From: Selaginella moellendorffii
Lineage: Eukaryota; Plantae; Lycopodiophyta
Reading direction: 5' to 3'
NCBI RefSeq assembly: GCF_000143415.4
Contig: NW_003314262.1
Location: forward strand, 2,964,603 to 3,028,602
Length of the DNA: 64,000 bases
The notes under the pieces are model-generated. The model made no database searches. It was not told the origin of the DNA and worked only from the letters and a program-made list of their open reading frames with translations. Below, one piece after another: positions 38,289 through 50,675 of this stretch. The translations under genes were made by a program, and so were the position numbers. How positions within the stretch are numbered: the first letter of the stretch is position 1; each line of letters begins with the position of its first letter.

Positions 38289-41200
38289 TAGACTTATAAA
38301 AATGAAGATATAATGAGAACTTACATTTTGATTAACTTAATCATTCATACACACACACATTACACTATCTCCATATATGAGCTCTTTTATATCTTAAGTG
38401 TAGGGATCTGAAAGGTTCATTGCACCAAGTTGTCAATAACAAGAACCCCTCATCTCAAGAAATGATCTCAAATATTTGGTACCAGTTGATTGTTTTGCTA
38501 GCAACTTGGCTTGACACAATTACCAAAAGAGGAGACAAGGAAAAAATTGCTAAGAAATGTGCTTTGTGACCTTTTTTAGAAGTGTAGACAAAGAAGAAGA
38601 CAAATGGACATGAAAACCATTACTATAGCTATAGGAACATATGTCTAGGAATGATAGAACATATACCTCCCTAAGTTCATCAAATTCCTCATCAAAGACC
38701 TCAAGTATTTGGACTACAATAGTTATAGACTCATGTTCCATTTCAACTTTGTCCCTCTCACTACCCTCCCACTCCCAAAATGCTCTTTTCCGGTTTTGAG
38801 CAAAGATAATGTCAAATTGAAGGAAAATGAATATACCTATCTAATGCCCATGTCATGCTTATCATATAATACCCATATTTTACATGAGTGAATATTAATT
38901 GTATTCTTATATTAACCTAATGTTTACAAGGATACTGTCCCCAAGATTAAGTTACACAGGCTTAGATAAAATATATGCGCTATGTGGTATGACATGGGTG
39001 ATGTTGGTTTAGTGGATGAAGTTGGTTGCTTTTACTTGTGCTTGGAATTTTAGTAATTTTTAAGAGAGGAATGGTTTGTAATTAGAAGTGGATTACATAA
39101 AAATGTTCACTAGTATTAAAAAATTAACATAATTATTTCTGGTTTTTATTTTTATCATTTTACTTATTTGGTAAAAAAATCATGTAAAAATACATGCAGG
39201 TATAGATATCAAGATGATAATGGAATTTCATTACCAAACTACTTCTTTGTATTTTTCACTTCAAAGTGGAGAGTTGAGCAAGACAATCAAAAAAATAATA
39301 TAAGCAAGACAATCAAAAGGAGAGCATCAAGAATAAGTTTTTTTATTAACATGAGGAAATGATTAGTATTTTGTTCTGTAACTTATTACCAAACAAGATT
39401 TTCCTAATGTTCACTCACTCCTTTGCAATTGTGATGGTTTGGCAAAAGTTCTTAGTTAGTGCTCCAGCTTAAAGAAAATTATTTAATGATTTCTATATCT
39501 TATATAAATCATATATTTGTTATCATCATTAAACTTATCACTTAGCTGGCTCCTTCATCACATGTAATATCTAGTCTCAACTTTGATATGCCTTTGAAAA
39601 AATCAGATTGATAATACAAAATCATTTTAAAACTTAGTTTATTTAAAAATAAACTATTAATGGCATCTGTACTTTCTGATTTATTTGAAAAGGTAGCAAA
39701 TTGCAGTCATTACAAATTATGATACAAGACAATTTTTACAATATATATTGAATGATGACCAAACAATATTATCATTTGAATATATCACATTATTTCCATC
39801 TATTTGAAGTTTTAAATAATAATATTTATAGAATTTAGTTTATGATTCATGATATTTTTAATTTTATTATATTTAATCATATATGAATGTTTTCAGTTTC
39901 AAAAATATTATAAGATTTATCTAGATCTGTAGCCAAAGTTTCAAGAGATGTAAATATCATTGTAGTAAGAGGTCAGAACGTGGATGTGAAGGAATCTAAA
40001 GCTCTAGATGAGGGGGAAGCATGGCAGAAATGTAACAAAACAGACATCATTATACAAGAATCTCAAGCTTGGAGGTTACCTCACCTCTTGAACAATTCTA
40101 AGCGTTTTGTCTTAAGAAAAAAATTTCATCTTCTTTAGAAAGAAAATCTTCATGAGGAAATTTTTGGCTTGCAATTGGCCATTGACACCATGTCCTGTTT
40201 GAAACTGACTATAGAAACACAGTGATCTCAAGCATGAGCACCTGTTGGAGGACGTCTCTAACAAGTTGGAGTAGCCATTAGAAGAGGCTTGCCATCTTCT
40301 TTTGGAGAGGGAATTTTACATGACTATGAGTTACTAGATGGGGAAATCTTTGCAACCAAATAAAGAAACATAGTGATCCCATCTTGATCAACTTAGAACA
40401 GCCTAGCACAACCTATCCTCACCTTCTTTGGTGAGCTGGGTGGTAGATGTGTGGCTGATAACAGTGTTGAGACATGTGTAAGAGATGGTGGAGCTGGAGG
40501 GGAGTTGGAGGCTCAGTATCACGTTTGTGGATTTATCTTGGAGGTATAAACTTAGTTTTCACTAACTAACAAGCTGACCATGTTTCCAACTTCATATCCT
40601 TACTAGAAATCGCCCAGCAAATGCTGGCCAGTTGACAAAGTTTATTGTTTAACATATCTCTCCTTCTCTCAATGTCCATCCTTCACCATCATGATTCCAA
40701 GCTCTCAAAATCTAGAAGAAAGAAACTTTTAGCCCAAGTGGTGCAAAAAAAGTTTACATACCTTTTCTATACTCTTGAAGTTGAAGTTCTCTTGGACAAC
40801 CTATCATAGTTAGAAATTAATGTAAAATTGCTTTGGTAGGGAGAAGAAAATAACACATACCTTTGGCTCTTGCTCATACCTACTGTTGCCATGTAGCTAT
40901 GGCTATTGCTGGTAGCAATGTCAATGCTGATTTGACGATTGCTAAACAGCTTGCTCTAAACCTACTTGCTGTATCCTAGGTAGAAGGAAAACATTTGATC
41001 CTCCATCCTGTCAAGAGCCTCTAGAGTAGCACCAGATTTTCCACAAATCTGTTCTCTGCCGTCATCATGTGCTAACAAAGCTGCGAGCTGAGCAAGCAGC
41101 AACAATGAAGCCATAAACTCAGATGCAATGTTAGAGCTGTTTTCAATGTTAGCTCACTTTAAGAAAGTGAGCTTATAAGCTGTGACTCCACATTTAAGAA

Positions 41201-41993
41201 AGCCAGCATATATTTAATTCCCTAGCAGCCAGGAGCATTGTGGCTTAGAACTTGCTGCCACTAGATCTCCAACACCCTGCTTAACACTTACAGAAAGTGT
41301 AAGAGCATGTTAGATGCTTGAGTAGTGTTTAACCAGAGGAAGCATCATAACATACTGGGATATGTTGAAACAGGGGAGAGCAAGATGGTTTTAAAGTTTT
41401 TAAATGCATAGGGCTGGAAGAAACACTGCCAATCTTTGTAGTAGTGCCCCTGATGTTTTGTGGGACTTTGGTGAATTTGGAAACTGGAAGAATAGGGATC
41501 TGCAAGAGGCAGCAATGTCACAAACAAGTGGGCAAATTTCTCCTGTCCTGGGTGCAATGTGATTCTTGGACTAACGCGTGTTTTCTCTAATCCATAGCTT
41601 TTACCCACAACACCCGATGAGTTTCTTCTCTGCCAGCCAGCGTGCCCGTTATTGATTGGCCATCCAAACATCAACATGATTTTTCCCACAACCATGCCGG
41701 GCCTGGGATCCAACGGCCAGCAAGCCTCCCCACTATCACTTTATATATATAGATCATAAATAAGTAAGAAAGTTTCTAACAGCAGCTTCCAACCTGCATG
41801 GGGTCTGAAGATTCCACAGGTTCTTGACTATATCAAGAGCAACAAAGTGGTAAGACGTCAAAGCCGAGTGAAGACGATTATTTAGCCTTTGTCCCTTCCA
41901 ATATCTCGGTGCTATAAATTCCCCAAACCACGAAGTTGGAGAGATCTAGATCATAGTTTAGAATCTGATATCACAATTCTGAGATCAATCATC

Positions 41994-42293
41994 ATGGCGA
42001 GCAAGTCCTAGCTGATACTCTTGGTGATGTTTGTGACACTCCTCCTAGTGGGAGTGGACGCCCAGCAGCGATGCAAATCCGGATGGAACTGGGATGGTGA
42101 GAAGTGTATCCAGTGCCCGAAAGACTGGTACTGGTATGGCAACGGTTGCCACCAATGCCTCTCCGGATGGAAGTGGAGTGGAAGCAAATGCGTGAGTTGC
42201 CCAAGCAGCTGGTACTGGTATAGAAATGGCTGCCATCGCTGCCCTCCTGGTTTGAGCTGGAGTGGTGGTGGAAGCCGCTGCATTAGGATGTGA
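41994..42293 (+). pseudogene. Cys/Trp-repeat secreted protein, copy 1 (type A-like); TAG at codon 6
   Basis: MASKS*LILLVMFVTLLLVGVDAQQRCKSGWNWDGEKCIQCPKDWYWY...; TATAAAT at about 41913. The ATG at 42027 could still give a short signal peptide. Confidence 0.85.
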
Positions 42294-42599
42294 TCACACA
42301 ACACTGCTGTAATATGACTTCACCACAGCATTTGCAGGAATAAAGATTTGCTGTAATAGACCAGCAATGCTGGAGTTTGAAGGAAAACTGTGGCATTTGC
42401 AGGAATAAAAGCTCTTGCAGCTTCGATTGTAGCATTCCCATTAGCCGTGTTGAGGAAGCAATCCAGCCTGCAATTAGAGTCTTTGAGAGGTGGCTTTTCT
42501 TGGTTTGATCGGTTTGGAGATGTTATCTAGCCCTCTATTTTGACTCAAAGGTTGCAACCTTTGTAATTTCTTCGTAATTTCTTGTTGCATGGACCATGA

Positions 42600-43100
42600 A
42601 CTGGTGGGCGGCGAGGAGATTTGAACTCAAGAACTTCGTATTGGATGCGGTTTGTGCCTGTCCACCCCAAAAGATGTCATGCATTGTCCATTATGCTTGG
42701 CGGCACGTACTCAATTTCATATGGTGGAGGATTACTCGTCTCAAGCTCGAAGATGCGAGGCTGTTTTCTGGAGACGGCTGTAAAGCTCCGCTAACGCGTT
42801 TAGCATGAATCTTGGAATCTTTCAGATGGAAGATCTTGGCCGTTTCGAAATGCATAGGCAGCACGTTGTGCTTCGCTCCTCCATCGAATCAAACAGGCCC
42901 TTGGCAAGATTGATCTTGCGATCCTGCCAGAAGAACTTCCCTAGTAGGCTGTCAAAGGAGCTCCTCGCCTCTCTAAAGTTCTGGGCGACCGCAGTGATTA
43001 TCGAATTAGTCAATCACTCGGGGCATGGTTTCAAACACTCTCCTTGCTTCCAACGCATAGCCTGTTTGGCATACAATTCTCTCACAGGCGATCACGTCAG
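42600..43100 (-). pseudogene. PPR (PLS-class-like) gene relic
   Basis: Reverse-strand fragments GYALEARRVFETMP, NSIITAVAQNFREARSSFD and LAKGLFDSMEERST, with frameshifts. Confidence 0.55.
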
Positions 43101-43440
43101 ATAAAAAAGACTGATTTTCTTGACGATCAATGTAAATGTTTGTACGCAAATGTAAATGTGACCTTTTATATTCTACGGCCAGGTACCAGAGCAGCCTGTT
43201 ACCCGTCCGTTCTGCATTGAATGCGATTGAGTTAAGAGATCCATCTGATCAATACATTTAAAGCAGTTTAGAAAAAGAAAAGAAGAGAGAGAGAGAAGAA
43301 GCTGGAGAAAGAAATCCAAGATCTCCTTCCTCTGCGCGAGAGAGAGATCAAAGAATAGTTTTTCTTCTCTTTTCTGTTGTCCTCCTCTCCTCCTTGCTCC
43401 TGGCATTGATCGAGATCTCCTCCTCTCACAGCTCACAGCT

Positions 43441-44471
43441 ATGGTGAGGAGGCTTCGCCACACAGAGAAAGGGGGATGGCAATGGTGGGTTTTAGCCGGC
43501 ATTGTAGCATTGGTGGCTGTTCTATCCGTTGTCACAGTGTTCGTTGCGCAGCACAAGCACAGACACAAAGGCGGGAGCTCCTCCTCCTCTTCCTCTTCTT
43601 CCTCGTCCCCAATCTCTGGAGGGAAGATCCCTCCAGCAAATGCCCAGCCTCCAGCCGCCAGCGTCTCGTATCCTCCATCCCAGGACTCCGGAGGCACTGT
43701 CTACGCCAAGTACGCGGAGCCACTCAAGATTTCTCTCCAGTTCTTCGACATCCAGAAATGTGAGTAGATTTTTCTTTCCTCGTCGACGATCGATTCCATT
43801 GCAATTCCCCGAAATCGATCACGTTGGCTGCGAGAACTCCGCATTGGGTCCCTCGTGGTCGCTGTCGGTCCCTTCCCCTCCCCCTGGATTTTGCGTTTCC
43901 TCGTTCGTTCTAATGGTTTGGATCTTCCGCAGCGGGAAAGCTACCCCCAGACAATCCCATAGAATGGCGAGGAGATTCGGCGCTATCCGACGGTAGCGAT
44001 GCACACGTGGATTTAAGCGGCGGAATGTATGACGCTGGGGACTACATCAAGTTTGGCTTTCCAATGGCGTTCACGGCCACCATTCTTTCGTGGAGCATTC
44101 TCGAGTATAGGAAGGAGTACACCGCCACGCAGCAACTCCACTCGGTCACTGGATCGCTCAAATGGATCACCGATTATCTCATCAAGGCCCACGCATCAGA
44201 GAACGAGCTCTACTTCCAGGTACAAGTTTTTTTTCTCCTCCCTTTCCTCTAGCTGCTATGGTTTCCTTGTGTATGTTTCTCTTGTTTTTTCTTTCGCTAA
44301 TACCTAGAACTAGAATGATGGTTCTTTGGATTGCATTCTCTTTTGCTAGAGCTAATCTTTCTCTATGTTAGTCGCGTGAAATTGAGCTAGAGATAGATGG
44401 TATTCTCGGCTACATGTGAGTGTAATTTCTTGTCGATTTGATAGATGGTTCTTCGGATATATGTGTGTGTA

Positions 44472-44506
<35 letters not shown>

Positions 44507-46075
44507 CAGCTTTCTGTGTAACTTAGATATGTTTTCTCCTTTTCGCGTGTAATTTGAGGTGTTTTTTTCTTCCACCGATGTTTTCGAATTCCTGAGAAGA
44601 TTCGATTTTGTCTTTCACGTTTTTATTGTGGATGTTCCTTGGAATGATCTTTTCGTCTGGTACAAGTGTAAGAACTCAGTTTTTCGCTAGTTCTCGTAGT
44701 ATTTTCGTCTTCAAGTCTCTATGATCAAGCTATCCTCTTTCTAACTTTTGTACTTTCGTGAGAGCCAGGTAGGAAGCCCAAGGCTGGATCACGCATGCTG
44801 GGAGAGAGCCGAGAAGATGGACACTGCTCGCCCGTCTTTCAAGCTGGATCCATCACACCCAGGGACCGAGGTGGCGGCCGAGACGTCGGCGGCCATGGCA
44901 GCAGCCTCGCTCGTGTTTCGAAACGATGACCCCTCGTACGCACAAACTCTCCTCTCACACGCAACGCAGCTCTTCGCCTTTGCAGACAAGCATCGTGGAT
45001 CTTACACCGCCAGCTTTCCATCCGATCAGCTGTACTATAACTCTACGGGCTTCGAGGACGAGCTCCTCTGGGCCGCTTCGTGGATGTTTTACGCGACCAA
45101 GGACTCAAAGTACCTCGCCTACGCGACTGGAAAGCTGGCACAGCTAAGCGCCGGATGGGAGAAAGCTCCTGCTTGGTTTAGCTGGGATGACAAGAAACCG
45201 GGCATTCAGGCAAGTTCTCTCAAACTTTCTAGTGTTTTTTTGACTTCCATTTCTTTTCTTGTGTTGTTTTCCTTCGATTCTTCCACACTCTTCTCACACT
45301 TCCATTCTTCTAGGTGCTGCTATCGCGACACTATTTGTTTGAGCCGGAGGAGAGTGATGTAATGGTGAGAAGCTCGCTGGTGAAGTATGGCAAGACTGCC
45401 GAACACCTGGTCTGTGCGTTTCTTCCACAGTCTCCCACTGCTAGCACGAACAGGAGTACCGGTGGATTGCTGTGGGTGAGCCAAAGGAACGCTGTCCAGC
45501 ACGCCGTTGGCTCGGCTTTCCTAGCGGTCGTGTACGCGGACTATCTTTCGAGCTCGGGAGTTAAGCAGTTCCGGTGTTCCGGGAACAGCTTCGCGGCCAA
45601 AGATCTTCGGGCGTTTGCGGCTTCACAGGTACTAAAAACTTTGAGAGTTCTTCAAAGATAGAATTCCAGACTTAAAAGTAGTTACAAAGTTGGAACTAGA
45701 ACTTAGAACTTTTGTGGTCTCAGGCTAAAAGTTCTCTTACAGGCCGATTACATCTTGGGAGAGAACCCCATGTCCAAGAGCTACCTCGTTGGATATGGCG
45801 CAAACTTTCCACAGCAGCTCCATCACAGAGAAGCATCCATACCTCTGGACGCAGCGACTGGGTGCAAAGATGGATTCCGGTGGCTCCACGCTTCTGCTCC
45901 AAATCCACACGTCGCCACCGGAGCTCTGGTCGGAGGGCCCTTTCAAAACGATAGCTACTCCGACTTGCGAGACAACACAATGCAAAACGAGGCCACCACT
46001 TACAATTCGGCCGCCATGTCTGCGCTGCTCGTGGCTTTGTATGCTAATGGTCCGATACTTCCAACAGCACTTTAA
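43441..46075 (+). CDS. Membrane-anchored glycoside hydrolase family 9 endo-1,4-beta-glucanase, 564 aa; exons 43441-43759, 43933-44219, 44769-45209, 45314-45628, 45743-46075
   Basis: N-terminal TM helix; motifs QKSGKLP, WRGDSAL, DLSGGMYDAGD, DELLWAASW, FSWDDK, DYILGENP..SYLVGYG, HHREASIP, QNEATTYN. Exon sum 1695 nt is in frame; intron 3 is GC-AG. Confidence 0.95.
44461..44506. repeat. Compound (TG)n(AG)n microsatellite in GH9 intron 2
   Basis: Direct reading. Confidence 0.9.
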
Positions 46076-46206
46076 AGAGATTTGTCAAAAGGCTTTAGTT
46101 TCAATGGGAATTTTTTTTCTTTTTCTTTGTTAGATGAAATGGCACATCGCAAATTTGAGGAACTTGGGTTAGTGGTTAGTTAAAACTTGAGTGAAAAGAA
46201 TCTTCA

Positions 46207-47548
46207 TCACTCCAAGTAGAGCCAGTCCTGCCCATCGATAAACTTTATATCGCTGTACTCATAAGCTTGATCTGAGGTCAGCTGCTTGATCCAATTAACA
46301 CGCCTGGTGCTGTCCGCGCCGGGACCAAAGTTCCCATGTTCGGCAAAGAACGCAGTCCTGCAAAATCCAGAGAGATTAGGCCCGTCATCTTTTCTCTTTC
46401 TATGTGGTGAGGAAACTGTCCTTACCCCGCGGCTGGGTTGTAAGCCCATTGGTCCCATCCAGTCGGGTTGACGACTTCGTCCAGGTAATTGTTGACAAAT
46501 ACTACAGAAGCATATTCCTTCCACGGACGACCCAGATGCACCAGGCCCGTCCCTCCAATGTAGCTGTTGTAAATCGAATAGCCCGAGTCCAATGTGGCAT
46601 TGAACTTGGACTGAGCAGTGATCGATCCAGATTTGCTCCTCGCGTTTGAAATGATGAGACAGCCTGTGGGAACGATGAAAACCAAGTAAGAAGAAAAGGT
46701 AAAACTTTCTTGTAAGTTTACCTCAAACAATGCCCGGCCTTGTCCAAAGATGAAATCGACATTTCCCTGAATGTAGCTTCTCTTGTAGTAATGCCTTCCT
46801 TTCTGATCGTAGAGGGTATCTTGGCTGGAAGTAATAAAGCAGTCGTAGAATGCCGCGTATTCACCCGAGACGCGAAGGGCCACGGCTTGGCCTCCCACAG
46901 CTCCGGAGTAAGCAAACGGAGCATCGTTCTAAATCATAAAAACAACAATAAGTCAGTATTGCATATGCTGTTAGCTTGGATTCGAGTTTTGTCTTTTTAC
47001 CTTGAAAGTAATGTACTGAGCTACAAAGAAATTAGCCTCAACTGCAAATGTGGAGGTGTTGAACGTTTTGACGGAATTGTTGGTGTTCCCATTGAACACA
47101 ATTACCGTGGAAAACTTGGCGTCAGGGTTACCGACAAGTGTGATGAAGTCTTTTGTTGCAGGGATTATGATCTTTTCACTGCACAGCCCAAACAAAACAA
47201 AAGATTGGCTGGTTTCTCACATTCACCACTAACATACCGATAAACTCCTGCTGCGACGTTGATGATATACCGCTGCTTGTTTTGGAGGGGAACAGCATTG
47301 ATTGCCTCTGTGATCGTCTTGTACTCCTCGTCGGGGCCGACGTAAAGTTTGACTTTATCAGAATTTGCACGGGAAAGGGCTTCGCGGGGTGGAGGTTCAG
47401 TGTCGTCATCGTCACCACCATCATTGTCACGGTCGTCATGGTTGTCATCATCGTCATCATCATCCTCACGGCGGCCTAGGCATCCCCGATAATGAACAGA
47501 CAAAATCAGAAAACCAAAGAGGAGAAAGAGAAGGTAAGGCTTCAACAT
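46207..47548 (-). CDS. Pectin methylesterase (CE8, no PMEI pro-domain); exons 47548-47238, 47178-47001, 46928-46722, ~46663-46426, 46357-46207; apparent 1-nt deletion at the exon 4 start
   Basis: Signal peptide, Asp-rich linker, motifs GVYREK, QAVAL, QDTL, DFIFG, LGRPW. Canonical splicing gives 1085 nt, one base short of frame. Confidence 0.9.
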
Positions 47549-47747
47549 TGTGGCTGCCTGAATATTTGTGTCAGGAAGTTGATAAGTTTTATAGAGGCCT
47601 GGAGCTAATTTATTATTATGTGAGTTTTGATAAATTTAACAATGAACCATATTAGTTAAACAATAAACCATATAAATTTATTAACGAAAATAACCTTTTG
47701 GTGCTGCGAAAGGTTAAACTAAAAGAATGGTTTATTAATTTCGTTAT

Positions 47748-47824
47748 GGGGTGGTGGCGCAGTTGGTCGGTCTCATAGCTTCTAGGTTATCCTGAGGTCG
47801 AGAGTTCGAGCCTCTCTCACCCCA
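47748..47824 (+). tRNA. Elongator tRNA-Met(CAT) with 11-nt intron, lacking about 8 nt of the D-stem 3' strand and anticodon-stem start; probable pseudogene
   Basis: GGGGTGGTGGCGCAGTTGG...GGTCTCATA[gcttctaggtt]ATCCTGAGGTCGAGAGTTCGAGCCTCTCTCACCCCA followed by a T5 terminator; the AGCGCGTA of the plant consensus is absent. Confidence 0.85.
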
Positions 47825-47908
47825 TATTTTTCTAGAGTTTTCACAATGATTTAAAAGTCACAGAACAATTATTTTTGTGATCATGTGAAATATTGGGCTC
47901 CAATCTGG

Positions 47909-48226
47909 TTAGTTCTTGATGCAGTGGCCCTTGCTCCATTTCCAGCCAAACTGGCATTGGTGGCACTTGTTGTTGTACCAGTACCAGTTGCTCGGGCAAC
48001 TCACGCATTTGCTTCCACTCCAGTTCCATCCGGAGAGGCATCGGTGGCAATCGCTGCTATACCAGTACCAGCCTTTGGGACACTGGATGCACTTATGACC
48101 GTCCCAGTTCCATCCAGATTTGCATTGCCGCTGGGCTGCTGCGCTTTCGATTCCACCAACGTCCACTCCAACCAGGAGGATTGTCACAAACATGGCCAGA
48201 AGCATCAGTTGGGACTTGCTCGCCAT
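47909..48226 (-). CDS. Cys/Trp-repeat small secreted protein, copy 2 (type A, intact, 105 aa)
   Basis: Hydrophobic signal peptide followed by five 14-aa C-x3-W-x-W-x4-C-x2 repeats (10 Cys, 10 Trp); TATAAAT about 87 bp upstream. Confidence 0.92.
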   Translation of the reverse strand: MASKSQLMLLAMFVTILLVGVDVGGIESAAAQRQCKSGWNWDGHKCIQCPKGWYWYSSDCHRCLSGWNWSGSKCVSCPSNWYWYNNKCHQCQFGWKWSKGHCIKN

Positions 48227-48312
48227 TGTATCGTCAATCTAGAAATGTAAACTAATTGCTTTTCTTGTATCCCTTATTTGCTTTGCTGTGTTATGGTGCC
48301 AGAGTAGTGCCA

Positions 48313-48420
48313 ATTTATATGGAGGATTTGAGGCTGAGTCTAAGTAACACTTCTATGTACAGGGTTTTTACTGCTTCTCGGGCACGATATGTCGTGTTTG
48401 TGCTTCATTGACGGGGTCAA
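48313..48420 (-). promoter_or_regulatory. Type A promoter: TATA box, palindrome CACGA(T/C)ATGTCGTG and inverted TTGAC-GGG-GTCAA element
   Basis: TATAAAT at 48313-48319, palindrome at 48383-48396, TTGACGGGGTCAA at 48408-48420; conserved at 50139-50176 and about 63391-63422. Confidence 0.55.
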
Positions 48421-48825
48421 TAAACAAGTGTACGACTTTATCCAAATGACACAACCTCGAGTGAAATTATCAAAAATATCCCGGTGAGTATAAAAATGTC
48501 TATCTATCTATCTAATTGCGACCAATCACTATTTTATATGAATATAAATTGAGTTGCTAACTGGCTCATATGCATTCAAAAATATGGTAATGTTTTTAAA
48601 AGTGAACGCACTTATTGAGTGACATGTGCCTCAAGCTTCTAAACATTCAGAAATTTTTTTATGAAATATTAGAAAATGAAACTCAAGCAGCAAGGCAGGA
48701 TGAAATCTCTTCTGATTTTGTTGCCAAGGAAATTGGACTTCGCTACCGTAGAATGGGACGACACATTTTATTTACCAAGACAATTGGCTATTATACAAGT
48801 TTCAGCATGGATCTTGATGGGCAAT

Positions 48826-49058
48826 TCAGTCCTTATAGAACCTTCCGGTCCAGCGCCAGCCCCTTTTCGCATCTGTGGCAACCGATGCCATACCAGTACC
48901 AATAGAGCAGCGGTGGCAAGAACTGGTATTCCAGAACCAGTACTCCGGGCAGGAATTGTTGTACCAGAGACGCAGTGCCACCCCGACTTGCATTCCCACT
49001 TTTAGGCGCTTGCATTTGCATTGCCTCCAATGTCAACTCCCACCAGGAGCACCGCCTC
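48826..49058 (-). pseudogene. Cys/Trp-repeat protein, copy 3 (type B, frameshifted and deleted)
   Basis: AVLLVGVDIGGNANASA*..CKSGWH..WYNNSC..PEYWFWNTSSCHRC..WYWYGIGCHRC fragments in shifting frames. Confidence 0.85.
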
Positions 49059-49282
49059 ACGCTCTTCCTGTTGCTCGCCTTAAAACTCTCCTCTTGCCTC
49101 TGTCTCGACTTGCAAACGATAAGAAACTTTGAGAAACTTGAAGCTTGAAGTGTTGGATGGGAGGATTTACAGTTCTAGGCGGTGACCACGTCTTACAGGA
49201 TTAGCACGTTTAGTTCAGGGCTACTCATTGACAACATCTACGTTAAAAAGTAAAATGTGAAGCTGTGATACAATGCGGCCTT

Positions 49283-49502
49283 GGCTTGGACTGGGTACTG
49301 ATTGATCCAGATTTGGTCCTCGCGTTTGAGACAACACAATCCTGTGGGGAAGGATGGAAACCAAGTGAACTAGAAAATTCACGTAAACGTTTCTTGAAGT
49401 TTACCTAAAACAATGTCTAAAATAGACACTTCTCTGGTAGCTTCTCTTGTACTGAAGCCTTCCTTTGTGTTCGTAGCTGTAAGTAAAAATCAGTCGTAGA
49501 AA
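49283..49502 (-). pseudogene. Pectin methylesterase gene fragment (duplicate of about 46603-46850)
   Basis: Collinear similarity across the exon 3/intron 3/exon 4 junction. Confidence 0.75.
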
Positions 49503-49556
49503 TAATTCACGCAGGATAAGTTAAATAAAGGTTAGAAAGAAAGAAAGCAGGGCAGT

Positions 49557-49582
49557 CTGAGGTCGGGAGTTCGAGCCTCACA
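49557..49582 (+). pseudogene. tRNA-Met 3' half relic
   Basis: ctgaggtcgggagttcgagcctc matches 47792-47814, in the same position relative to the type A gene. Confidence 0.65.
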
Positions 49583-49662
49583 TCTTTCATATACTTTCAT
49601 AACGAAATGGACATGGGACAATTATATTGTGACGATCCATTAAATATTGGATTCCAACTTGG

Positions 49663-49980
49663 TCAGTTCTTGATGCAATGGTCCTTGTTCCATTTCCAGC
49701 CAAATTGGCATTGGTGGCACTTGTTGTTATACCAGTACCAGTTGCTCGGGCAACTCTCGCATTTGCTTCCACTCCACTTCCAACCGTAGAGACATTGGTG
49801 GCAATCGTTGCTATACCAGTACCAGCCTTTGGGACACTGGATGCACTTGTGGCCGTCCCAGTTCCATCCAGATTTGCATTTCTACTGGGCTGCTGCGCTT
49901 GCGATTCCACCAACGTCCACTCCAACCAGGAGAATTGTCACAAACATGGCCAGAAGCATCAGCTAGGACTTGCTCGCCAT
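49663..49980 (-). pseudogene. Cys/Trp-repeat protein, copy 4 (type A; TAG at codons 6 and 33)
   Basis: Same 318-nt length as copy 2; the repeat domain is open, but two stops precede it. Confidence 0.9.
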
Positions 49981-50675
49981 TGTATCCTCAATAGAAATGC
50001 AAACTGATATCTCTTCTTTCTCTTGATTAAATGCTTTGCTGGGTTATGGTGTTGCCAATGTGGGACCAATTTATATGGAGGATTTGAGGCTGAGTCCAAG
50101 TAAGACAGCTATGCACACGGTTTTTACCGCGTCTCCGGCACGACATGTCGTGTTTGTGCTTGATTGACGGGGTCAATCCAAATGAAACAGTCTCTATTTA
50201 AGTCCCGTGAAATCATCAAAAGATAATGGATCTTTGTTTTACCTGAGTTGCTAACTGATACATATGCATTAAAAAATATGATAACATTTGTACGAACCAT
50301 AATTTCTTGTTGGGTATTTAAAGTCCACTCAGAAGCAAGAACTAAGAAAAAGTAAACTAAACTAAACTGGCTAAACTAAGAAGCATGCGACTTTAATTCA
50401 CATTTCTCTCTCATCTCTTAGTATGAAACGCAGCAGCGCAAGACTTCGGTATTTCGATAATCTTGCTGCTCGAGTTGCTAGAAACTAAAAGTGAAACTGG
50501 CAGCAAGTTTCTCGTCAAGCGGATTCTGGATGAGGAAACCGAGCCTTAGAATGGGATGTCATGGAAAGAAAAACACACACATTTTATTCACCAAAAGGTT
50601 ATCACAAGAAACAGCACAACCACAATATTTATTGTCGTTGACATATTACATGAGCTTGGATCTTGATGGGCAACT

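Noticed and set aside
40000-41713. Possible gene remnants, including ORF 41345-41713 and a MASLLLLAQLAALL start near 41113 on the minus strand
   Set aside because: No family motif recognised and frames close quickly; cannot be supported without a search.
47909-48130. WNWSGS / WKWSKG resemble the darobactin core WNWSKSF or burpitide-type RiPP cores
   Set aside because: No radical SAM or BURP-domain gene in the window, and the motifs lie inside a regular Cys scaffold without repeated protease sites; a folded disulfide-rich domain is more parsimonious.
47841-48250. Antisense and alternative-frame ORFs over the Cys/Trp genes (VPVP-rich, YQYQ-rich)
   Set aside because: Shadow frames; the signal peptide, TATA box and conserved Cys/Trp pattern identify the true frame.
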